A DNA stretch of 62,077 nt, filler included, from Basidioascus undulatus (lineage: Eukaryota), in the NCBI GenBank assembly GCA_000826855.1. It is 15 parts of 15 records of this genome, joined end to end, with 100 filler letters (N's around TTAATTAATTAA, not from the genome) between each part and the next. Parts side by side here need not be neighbours in the genome. Positions count along the whole stretch, not along the records: positions 22,157 to 24,821 come from JTLS01002679.1; positions 24,922 to 48,299 come from JTLS01000268.1; 13 more parts are not named here. The stretch is one strand, 5' to 3'. Under the pieces are notes generated by a model. That model had not been told where the DNA came from, made no database searches, and saw only the letters and a list, made by a program, of their open reading frames with translations. Both the position numbers and the translations under genes were made by a program. The stretch's first letter is position 1. Each line of letters begins with the position of its first letter. Shown here one piece after another: positions 22,632 through 32,966 of this stretch.

Positions 22632-23700
22632 TCATGCGCATGATACAGAGCAGCGCCGGGCCCTTCTCAGGAGCATCGGTACGAATGATCTCCGGCAAGC
22701 AAAACCCGTACGCGCAAAGAGCCTGGATTTGCCGCAAGGCCGGGAGCTGGTTCTGTCTATCGAACGTAGCAAGATCCCGGCGCCCTCACGAGAGTCGACA
22801 TGAAAAGGCCAGATATCGAGACCCAGGAAGGAGAGGGATGGATTTTGGATTCCGCGCAAGTCAGCGTAAACATCTAGGCGAGCTAGTCTCCAAGAGAGGA
22901 GAGGAATTTCCTCAATCCCTGTGGAACTCCGAGGCTCAGCTCTTCGAGACGAGGGAGACAAGCCTGGGCCAGGAAGGGAACCACAGCGTCCGCTGATCCC
23001 TCGTCGTGTGAGAGGAAGTTGAAGACTCGCAGCTGGGGCAGACTCAAGCATTAACCGAGTCTAGCCTTTATTATATGCTCTGGTGGAGGATTGATAAGAG
23101 TGACCTGGAGATGAAGATCTTCGACAAGGGTAAACTGCGACAGATAGAAAACACGGTGCCGGCAGTGCCGTCGCAGACGAGGTCGAGTCTCAGACAGCGC
23201 AGTGAAGTGGCCGAAATCAGGAGAGCGGGAAGAACCATTGAAAAGCTGTGCTTTCGAGTGCGAGACGTTGTCCTCGTAATAGTGAGCTGACGCCAGCCTG
23301 AAGCCAAGGTAAGAACATCGGTAAGCTCCTCTTTGCAGCTGGAGGGTCCGTGTCGTCAATGTGGGCGGTCAGCCAACGGAAGCCTTGTATGCGGATTTCA
23401 CCGCCCGGTAAGCGCTGGAGGAGGTGGTTGTAGAGGTTGCGGATGTGAGCGGGTTTGCGCAGGTCAATGGTGCGAAGCATCAGTGGGGAGGCGAGGTCCT
23501 GGAAGCAGAGCGGTCAAAGCTGTGTCAGCCTAGTCGTAGTAATCAAAGATATGAAGTTCTCTCCCTTACCTTCCACGCTTTACAGACAAGCATCATGTTG
23601 GGCGTCGGGCTGGAGTGCCTTGCGCGGAAAGGGTAGTTCGAGTCCGCGTCGGCGAACGCGAAGATCCGGGACCACACTTCGTTCGGCAGGCGGAATTGAG
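22632..23700 (-). pseudogene. Degenerate F-box-like gene
   Basis: RLPNEVWSRIFAFA...MMLVCKAWK followed by a GTAAGG donor; downstream LRTIDL/LHLQV segments are split over several frames with stops. Confidence 0.6.
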
Positions 23701-24821
23701 GGTTGATCGACCTGGTACTCCATTGTGAGGGGATTACTCCATTGTGAGGGAAGTCTCGCGATGCTTGCGAGGCCAGATCCAGGTAGTCAGATCCAGGTAG
23801 CTGAGCGGGGCGAGAGAGTGGGCTGTAACTCGTGATCGGGAGGATGGAGGAGAGCATAAGGAGGCTGACAGGGAGGCTGACAGGGCAACCCGTAACGCTG
23901 AACCTTCAAAGACGTCTCTGGCCCGATTGGGGAGGTATGTAGGTAGGTCCCTGCACCATTCCCAAGAGGCCTGGCTGCGTTGGGCCCGAGTACTCAGCCA
24001 CCTTTCGTCTCGCCCGCATACCTGCCAAAAAGCACACAAAGCTGCTCTTCTATCTTGATACAGCGGGTTATTTGGTGCATTGCCGAATCGTGTTTGGGAA
24101 TTAGTGAAGGAACTCACAGCCTGGGACGCAACGCATGCGATATCGTTCACATTCCGCCCATCCGCCCCGCGTTCCGTCCTTCCCAGAACGCTCCTTCAGC
24201 CTGCCTTCCTTCAAGACGCCGGTCGCTCCGCGTGACATAAGAGCATAGTAATGACAACGTGTGCGTCCCTTCTGTGTGTTTCAACTCGACTGGTACGCTG
24301 GTTGGGAACTGTCATGAGGCCCTTCGACAACACTGCTCAGACTGCGTTGTGTTTAGCTGAAATTTTGTGCACTGAGAAGCATGTTTTCCCTGGCACCGCC
24401 ATTTCTGGCTCTTCAGAGCGAGGCTTGTTCAGGCAGTCGTCCGATCTTTATGCGCATGCACTGTCCTCGGGAGCGGAACGGCAAACGTCTTCCTAGCCCG
24501 GTTGCTGTGTTTCGCACTGCACTGTGGCGGACCCTATTGTTCTTCTTTCTTCCTTTTTGCGCGTAGTCCACAATCATGTGCCAAAACTATCCCCATACTC
24601 ATGCGGTGCCTGGATCAATTACTTGCCTTGCACGCCGCGTCTCCGTCCGTTGCACCGGGTTTGAGTAAACATACACAGCAGGCGCAGACTTCTCCTTGCC
24701 CTCCTACTTTTCCCTCTTTCCAAACGAGTTTTTTTACGTCCTTGAACATGCAATATGACTCGCACCAAAATTATTCCCTCGCCGTCCAAGCGGTCGTCGC
24801 CGACGCCATAGACACCGGCTC

Positions 24822-24921
24822 NNNNNNNNNNNNNNNNNNNNNNNNNNNNNNNNNNNNNNNNNNNNTTAATTAATTAANNNNNNNNNNNNNNNNNNNNNNN
24901 NNNNNNNNNNNNNNNNNNNNN
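24822..24921. other. Artificial contig linker
   Basis: 44 N + TTAATTAATTAA + 44 N. Confidence 0.99.
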
Positions 24922-25583
24922 AACGTCCTTGCCGTTCGACCATCAACCCCACCTCAACCTTTCTCCTCCTCGACCCCCTCGCTCCCCTCCACGCTGCACC
25001 ACCACCACACCACCTCCGCCCGACCCCCCTCCTCCATCCAAATCGCCGACCACTCCACGCGCGAGGCGAATACCTTTGCCAAGGATGTCCGCATCCCGAG
25101 CTGGACAGAGGTGAGGGGGAAGGGGCGCGCGCAGCGGGGGAGGGGTTGGGTCGTTTATGCGTGTGAGATTATGACGGGGGAGGTACGTCCGTGCGCTGCG
25201 TGGGGTGGGGAAGGGAGAAGGCTGATTGTGTGGGGTGGTGAGGGTAGGGTGCGGTAGTTAGGTGCTTGAAGCGGTATAGCGCCTTTGAGCAGCTCAGGAC
25301 GGATCTGTGTCGGTCGATTCCTGTGCGCCTTGTTTTCCTTCTCCATGCCATCCTACTTCCTCATTCCCCTTCCCCTCGTCCTTCCACTTATCCCCCCGCC
25401 TCCAACCCACAGCGACTCAAACCAACCATCCCCCCTCTCCCACCCAAGAACCAGCTGGCCAAGTACCGGCCCTCCTTTCTCGCGCACCGCGCGCACGCGC
25501 TGCAGCACTGGCTTGCGACGGTCCTGCTCCATCCGGAGCTCGGGGGGTGCGGTGTTGTGCGGGACTGGGTGATGGCTGGCTGA
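24922..25583 (+). CDS. YPT35: PX-domain protein (Ypt35-like), 5'-truncated
   Basis: FAKDVRIPSWTEV...GWVVYACEI|...LKRYSAFEQLR...|IPPLPPKNQLAKYRPSFL..R...LQHWLATVLLHPELGG. Confidence 0.8.
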
Positions 25584-25797
25584 GGTTGGGGTACGGGCGT
25601 GGGGTTGCGGAGAGTGATTGGCGGACATGTTGTATGAGACGAGACGAGATCAGACGAGATCAGACGAGATGCTCTGCGTCTGACGACGCAGCGTGCGCGG
25701 CTGCAGTATTCCCTTCTACTTATCGCACTGTCGTCCACCCCACGCCACTCGCACACCTCTTTCCATTTCACAATCGATCCATGCACGACCCTCCGGC

Positions 25798-26607
25798 TCA
25801 ATAACCTGACTCCCGGCGACACCCACACCCACCAACCCCACAGCCAATCAGCGGCGTCTCCCTCCAGAGAAAGCGAGAGTGTGAAGGGAGATGGGTCGAA
25901 CGCACAGCAATCGCAGTCGAACGGACACAACGGCGTGTCCCCGCCCTCCTCGGAGATCTTGAGCTCGTCGTAGTAGTAGACGTTGTACCCCTCCTCGGTC
26001 TTCTTGCCTGGTCACCCCCACACCCAGCCGTTTTAATCAGCCTCCTTCCTCCTCTCTCCCTCTTCCATTCCCCTTTCCACCTTTCCTCCCTCCCGGGATC
26101 TTCATCCCCCGGAGAATGAGAAAAATACAAAGAGGACGCACGGTTCCCGCTCCCCCTCGAATCCGCGAACCCATCATCCTCCTGCGCTGCCACATATGCG
26201 CGCCCCGCAGACCCGCCGGCCTCCCCCGCCGCGGTGCTGTTCTTCCCCTTCTTCTTCTCCCCCGCCGCTGGGGCGGCGCTCAGCGCCGCAGACGTGTCCT
26301 CCACGACCATCACCTTCTTCCCCTTCCCCTCCGCCTTCCCTTCTTGCTTCTCCTCCGTATCCGCCTCACCCGCAGGTGCGTCCGCTTCCGCTTTGCCCTT
26401 CCCCTTCTTTTTCTTCTTCCTCTGCTCCTTCACCTCCTTCACAGCCTCCGCCACCGCAGAAGGCTTAGCGAAGATATCGTCGATCTCGGAGGACTTCTTC
26501 GGCTGGGAGGGGGCGGCGGCGGTGGAGGAAGCGGGGGGTTTGGGCTTTTTGGAGGAGGTGGGAGCCGGTTTGGGGGGCTTGGAGAAGGCGGAGATTGATT
26601 TGGGCAT
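25798..26607 (-). CDS. DUF1764 family protein, 3 exons
   Basis: SEIDDIFA, Lys-rich linker, DDGFADSRGSG|RKKTEEGYNVYYYDELKI..EGGDTPLCPFDCDC|CY*. Confidence 0.9.
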   Translation of the reverse strand: MPKSISAFSKPPKPAPTSSKKPKPPASSTAAAPSQPKKSSEIDDIFAKPSAVAEAVKEVKEQRKKKKKGKGKAEADAPAGEADTEEKQEGKAEGKGKKVMVVEDTSAALSAAPAAGEKKKGKNSTAAGEAGGSAGRAYVAAQEDDGFADSRGSGNRASSLYFSHSPGDEDPGREERWKGEWKRERGGRRLIKTAGCGGDQARRPRRGTTSTTTTSSRSPRRAGTRRCVRSTAIAVRSTHLPSHSRFLWRETPLIGCGVGGCGCRRESGY

Positions 26608-27112
26608 GGTGGGTGGAATGGGTGGGGGAAGAGGGAAGGAGGGTGATGGGAGAGGACGCGAAGTTGGAAAGTCGAGGGCAGGAAGAGGAAGGCGGTTGCA
26701 CATTGCACGTGATGCACTCGAGCGAGGGTTCGATTCTCGATTGGAGAGTTCCTTACACTTATTGGAGCGGGAGCTATCTGTTCAGTCTTTTTTCTGTTTG
26801 TACCAGCAATATCGAGCCTTTCAAGAAAAATCTTTACCGTTGACGTTGTCATCGGGCTACGGACGCAGCCGTCCAGCCTGACGTTTCCGAAGGCTCGCAA
26901 GCAAGAAAACAGGCCCGTTTATGTGCGCATTCAAAACGATTGCATGGGATCAGGCAGATAGCAAACAACATTTGGTTACAGATATAGAGCGGCGACAACA
27001 GAACAGCAGCCGGCGGCCATCGGAGCTTGCCAGGGGATGTGAACAATCACACAAGGCAACATGTCCGCCTCCCCAGCTCATGCAGATCCATTACTGTAGA
27101 CCCACGCCAGCG

Positions 27113-28514
27113 TCAGCTTTCCGCGTCCGCTTGCACAAAAAACCAGGGACCAAGAACGGACCTTCCCTGCACGCCCACATACTTGACAGTCTTCCACCGA
27201 TACGGTGGATCAAAGTACTTCACCGCGTGGCGATGGTACGGTTTAGCGAACGCATTGACCTTGTGGCGCGCCTCGATGTCGTCGTCAAGCATCGAGTACC
27301 TCAAGCTCCACGTGGCGAACTTGCTGTGCGATGCGATCTCCACAAGCGGGCGCAGCACCGTCTTGCGCACGGATGGGACGTAGAGGCGGTAGAACTTCCT
27401 AGACGACGCGAGCAAGACTACCTCCGGGAAGTGCGGCACGTCAAGGTGGATCGCGTGGAGGAAGAGCGTGATGGAGCGCTTGATCGAGGACAGGGTGGGG
27501 GTGATCTCCGCGAGTGCGGAGGCGGGCAGGCGGAGAGTGAGCCGGTCAAGCAGCAGGACACCCAGAGCGGGAGGACGTTGTTGAGGCACTCCAGCGTGAG
27601 CTCGTCGACGGGTGGGATCTGCACCTCGTTCGAAAGGTTGATCGTATCGCCGCTTTTGTAGGAAGCGCTAGGCTGGAGATGGAGGAAGAACGGGGGCGCG
27701 GGAAGCGGGGAGATCGAGATCTGAGCGTGTGTGGGCTTGACGAAGGTGAGCGAGTGGAGCGCGGCCCGCGTTAGGGGCAGGCACTTCGGATCGATCGAGA
27801 TGTAAAGCGCTTGGAGGTTGATGCAGAGGCGCAGGAGCTCGAATGCAGCGGTGTAGGGGATCCGCTCGGAGACGACGATGGCGAGTGCGGATAAGCGGCG
27901 CCAGATCCGGGTCTGCACAGTGTTGCCGGAAGACCGCCCCGCCCCCCTCGCGGTCTACGACGACCGTGCGGAGGGCCGCACGCTTCGCAGCGGCGGCCCA
28001 CCGCCGCGAGACGCGAGAGAAGGCGGTCAGAGGACGCCGGTTGAGAGGGAGGTGCTCGTAGATCAGCCGAGAGGGGTCGCGGATGGGTATGACTGCGTCG
28101 GGGAAGGGCGAGGACGCGAGATCGAGAATGTACTTCAGAAGCTCGAAGGGCAGCTCCTCGCACTCGCTAGGGAGGACGAGCGGGCTGCGGCCGTGACGAG
28201 AAGGGTCAGGATGAAGGGGTGTAGCGCCCCGGGAAGGACGTACGGCGCAGCCGGAGGCGGGTCAATGTCCATATCTGCACCGGGATGAGTTGCTTCGGGA
28301 CTCCGCCTGGCCATGGAGGAGACTCGCCAGCATCGCTCTCCCCAAGCCCCTGCGTCGCCCTCGCATCTTGACAATGTCGAGCGAAGCACTCTCGGCATCT
28401 CGCGCGAGCTTCTCGCACAGCTGCTCGGCGTCCGCGAACGCGGAGGGGTTCAGCTGGAAGGTGAGCAGCGCGATAAGCGGCGGGGGCCTGGGGGAGGATG
28501 CTGGGTGTCAGCAT
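27113..28514 (-). pseudogene. F-box-like / LRR-like gene with several frameshifts
   Basis: EELPFELLKYILDLA motif near 28100-28160 and LLRLCINLQALYI; coding-like sequence is spread over at least three frames. Confidence 0.55.
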
Positions 28515-29138
28515 CGTACGGCAGGAAGCTGGAATCGATCAAGCTTACATGGTAAGACTGAAATCACAGACAGAGAGAGGCTGCGGGTGCTGGCTCGAAG
28601 ATGGTGGCAAGGGGGAAAGAGCGGAGCTGGGACGCGGTTGCTGCTGTACTCGCAAGGGGTAACGCGTGCACACCCGTGACTCAACCATGGAATCAATCCG
28701 CCAACGCTGGTGCTTCCCTCCAAACCAAGCCTTTGGTGTGAGGCTGCATCCTGATCGGATGGTCTTTGGTGGTCCTCTTCAGTGTGAAGGCCTCGCCACC
28801 TCAGCAGGGACTCCGTTACAGTTGCACAGCCTTCCCCGGCCGCCCGGACCCATAGGTAACATACCCCGTTCCCCATAACTTACTTGGCCTCATGCAAAGG
28901 CCTCAGCCTTTGCATATTAATTGCAGCCAAGGAAATACCTTTCATACCTCTCAAACTTAGTGGCAGTCGAGCTGTGCAACGTGTCCCGAGCGGCCTGGTG
29001 CGTTCGCGGCGGGGCGCAGCCCGGCCAAGAATCTCGTCCAGCTTCATTACTATTGCGGACAGCACAGCTCGCAGCAGTCTCTCTCTTTATAAACACACCA
29101 AGTTTACACCTCTCTTCCTCTGCTTCCAACAATTCGCC

Positions 29139-29682
29139 ATGTCCATCCGCACCCCCATCCGCCGCCTCTCGCAGCGCATGTCGACCGTAGACTCGCCCCA
29201 AGCCCGCCGGCCCTTGCCCCCCCTTCCGCCGAAGTCCGCACGTCGGCCGAGCACATTCGCATATACGGGCCCCATTCTTCGACCTGAACACAAGGTCGTC
29301 GAGTCCCCTACGTCCAGACGACTGAGGCTCGCGCTCCCCCGACTTGTAACGACCGGGTTGCCACCGAGCATAGCCACCCTACAGCCCCCGCCGCCGCAAA
29401 AGGCGGTGAAGCGCCCGACGGTTGTACCCAAATTTGTTAGATTGCCAGTCTACGAGATAGAGGTGAGCAGAATTTCAATTCTTGTCTATTCCCAAGAGCC
29501 TGCCACTGACACGTGCAACCCGACAGTCTGAATACCGTCCTTGGCTATCGCCCTCATTCCTGCGCGACATACTTGAGGACTTTTCTTGGGGAGAGCTAGG
29601 TCGGGTTAAGCACCAGGACGTTAAGCAGCTTAGGGGTGTTTTGGACCAACTTGTGGATGAGGTTCGGAGTACAGTTGCATAG
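29139..29682 (+). CDS. Hypothetical 159-aa basic Pro-rich protein, 2 exons
   Basis: TATAAA about 50 nt upstream and GCCATG start. A phase-0 intron 29463-29526 (GTGAGC...CTGAC...CAG) joins ...LPVYEIE|SEYRPWLSPSFLRDILEDF...RSTVA*. Confidence 0.6.
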
Positions 29683-30304
29683 CGCATCAGTAGATTTGTT
29701 CCGAGTTTATCAAGCCTTCGCCGGGGACTTAACCAAAAATCACATCCAGGGGGGAAGGTCAAAGATATTTCTCATAGTGTGACCCCCGATATTGCAAGAG
29801 CGGTGTTGAATGGAGTGTTACACATTCTGTGTTACACATGCTGCGGGGACGGTGCACAGACGGATGAGCTCGAGGATCGGACCCACAGCAGTGTCGCTGT
29901 TAAGGTCTTCCTGGAATAGATTTTGAAATAGACTGCCGTTTATTTGCGCTCTTGTGGTATTATTTGCTTGAGCAAGCTTAACTGCAAAGGATCTATTCCC
30001 AAATGACAGCGACTCTCGTGCCAAACTTCGCCTAGACACTTAAGGTGGGAAGTTGGTGGTGCTGCGGTCAAGCGCGTCGAGAAGTAGAGCATAAATATAT
30101 GTATGCATGTTAAAGGGCAAAAAACCCTGGTAAACTTCAAAGCTATGAGGCTCATGATGATGAAAACAGCCAGGTGCAGCACACCTAAGCCGGATAGCGA
30201 CTGCAGGGCACCCTCCCGGTGAACTGCAAAAGGGCACATTGGGGTTGTTCAATTTAGAAAGAATTTCAAAGAGTGTGCATAATTCTCTGCTCTGCTGCCT
30301 TGAC

Positions 30305-32119
30305 ATGTACAACTTCGACGGAAGAGGCACCGCCGCGGAGGCCGTCCGCCTGCCCGTCGACTTCCGCGTTTTTCGACCACGGACGTTGTCCATCGACCAC
30401 CACGACCACCTACCGTCCCCCGCATCTCCTCGCAAACGTACCTAAAATGACTACAAGCCCGCTCACATGAGTCGCAGAAGGACCGGTACGCCGGCGAGAA
30501 CGTAAAGCAATGGCATTGCTCCCTCCACGCGACCGTGCGTCTCCCCTTCCCTCGTCAGTACCTTCCCTGCCCTGACCTTTCTGTCGCGGTCAGGCCAAGA
30601 TCCCGCCAATGATCACTCTCGCATCGCGTTCGTCCATGTGCATATCCTCTCAAGACTGCCCATTCTTCCGCGAAAATCGGCTCGAGTCGTTCGACCGCGC
30701 CGAGATAGGGCCGACGGACGAGCTGCTCGAGATTGGCGTCGAGATTTTCGCAAACAGGGACGTTCTACATGCGGTCCCCGTTATCCAGAAGGGCCCGATC
30801 ATCCACATCAGCTTCGTCGAGGTCGCGAAGGAGCACCGCCACCGCGGGCTCGGAACGAGGATGGTCTACGCGCTGCTGAAGAAGTGGGAGGGTGTTTGGG
30901 AATGGGCGACGTGTGCGTCCTTTCGTCCAAGGAGGAATTTCCGGGGAGTTATTTGACATCAGGTCTGCAGTTCTTCCCGAGGTCCTGGTCGCCGGTCAGA
31001 GCGAGGGCATCACGTCGGCGGAGTACGCTGGTGCTCAAGGGAAGCCTGATTTCTCACTTCCAGGCTCTCGGCTTCGACTTCATCCAAGGTGCGCTTGCTC
31101 AGCCGAAGAACGTAAGGCTATAAAATATAACAGAAGTTCTTTTTCTGGGCTCCACAGGCTGGCAGTTCCTGCTTGTGCGCGCCGCGACGTTCGATGTGAA
31201 GCTCGCCGTCTCTTTCGTTCGACATCGCCCCTCCCAAGTGCAGCTGCACTCACGGGTACCTCTCTCCGCGCATGCTCTACCGCCTCACGACCTGTTCAGA
31301 GATCGGGTGTGTCTCCTTTTGCTCGGCCTGTTCCGGCGACGTCCTCCCGAAGTTGACTGTTTCAATGCGGTACACAGGAACGACACGCTGGACTATTGAC
31401 TCGCGTGGTCCCTACCTCTACTTGTCAGTCGGTTCGTGCTGCTCCTGGGTGGCTGACCTCAGCTTATCCTGAGGGATTTCACCTAACTACTCCTCGATCG
31501 TTCATTCCCGTCCCTCTCCGCACGGGCAAACCTGTCATCTGCTCTTTCAACCATCTCCTCGCTGTCATTGCCGAGCTGCTGCCCAAGAAGCGCGCTCCGA
31601 CCGCCCCCGATATCCTCTTCTACCTGTCGCAGAAGCCTGAGTACAGCCACGCCTTCTCGAACACGTTCTTCGCCTCGCGTAGCGTGTAGTCGTCCCTCCT
31701 CGCCAAGGGCGCCTCGCCCGCTCATCGCACTCGACTACGTCTTGAACCGCAGCGCCGAGGAGAGCGCGTCGTCGGGTGTGGGTGAGGGCTCGTTCGAGGA
31801 GACCTTTGACAAGGCCGTCAAGGCGCTCCCCGGCTGCCGTGAGCACGACAACAACTGTGAGCAGCTATATGCTTTTTGGTTCCCCCGCAGCTTCATGAGG
31901 GGCCCCTTCCGCGTTCCCCCTCCCCCTCCCCCTTCCCCCACTGGCGAAGAAGCGGAGGCCGAGAGGGCCAGAAATGCGGCGTTCGAAGATCGAAGAAGTC
32001 ATGGTGCAGGCGCGCGCCAGCGGCTTCAGCTTCTCGCGCTCGGACTTCGTATGAGAGTCGTCGGAAAGCGAGGGAGAGGAGAAGGGGGAGGTCGAGGAGA
32101 GCTTCGAGGAGGAAAGTGA
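30305..32119 (+). pseudogene. GNAT acetyltransferase-domain gene (fungal GNAT plus Cys-containing C-terminal type), multiply disrupted
   Basis: IIHISFVEVAKEHRHRGLGTRMVYALL (motif A), FQALGF, and C-terminal ALDYVL...GEGSFEETF....LPGC..HDNN; in-frame stops and frame switches. Confidence 0.65.
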
Positions 32120-32966
32120 GTAGTCGGAAGACTCGGAGGAAGACGAGACCGATGAGAGTGAGGAGGAGGAGAGTACTCCGATGGGGACGATAGACAGGGA
32201 TCGAGAGGAGGAGGAGCAAGTGACCGTTACGCGCTGACATTGGGAGGTATTAGACGGGCACAAGCTGAGAAGAGGGACATGAACGGGTGTGGCTTTCCTG
32301 CCAGCGAGCTGCGAATGTGTATTCGAACTCGACATTGCAGAGCCTCCCCATGCGCTGCAAATGGCGTGCTGTCCCTTCAATTTTGGGTTAGATCGAACGC
32401 CCATCAAAACGCTTTAATGGTCGTTGGGCCGGCGTGGCGGACCGAGGGAAGTCGACGCCGTGCATGCACGGCTCACGCAACGAAGACTCCAGTCTTGAAG
32501 CACATCCATAGCAACAAAACCGCAGACAAGCAAAAGCAGAGCGCAAAACAAATGCAAGTCGCACTTTTTTAGTTTAAAGTAAGCGAGGTCCGATGCAAGC
32601 AACAGTTGCAATAGGTGCAAGACGAAGGGTGGCGTATGGTAATGTAGGGTAAGCACGCCAAATGTGGCGAGGAATGTACGAGAGCGGGAGCTTTTGTATG
32701 GGATGGAGGGGTAAAATGCAAATAGGATGTGGGGTGGGAATGGGCAAATATGAGTGGGTATGAAACAAAGGACGGCCATTACGGGAGAGCGAGTGGACCG
32801 TGAGCGTGAGCTTGAAGGAGCAAAGAGCAAGTGCAATAAGAGGACGAAACTGAAGACGGATAGAGATAGAACAAAGAGCAGATTGTTATGTAGTGTCATG
32901 AAAGAGAGAATAAAAGGTAGGTGATGCACATCCCTGCCTGCTCCGCCCCGCCTTCGCACTGTCCCC

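Noticed and set aside
26723..26747. tRNA T-loop-like GGTTCGATTCTCGATTGGAGA
   Set aside because: The T-stem pairing is imperfect and no acceptor partner, D-arm or anticodon arm is found upstream.
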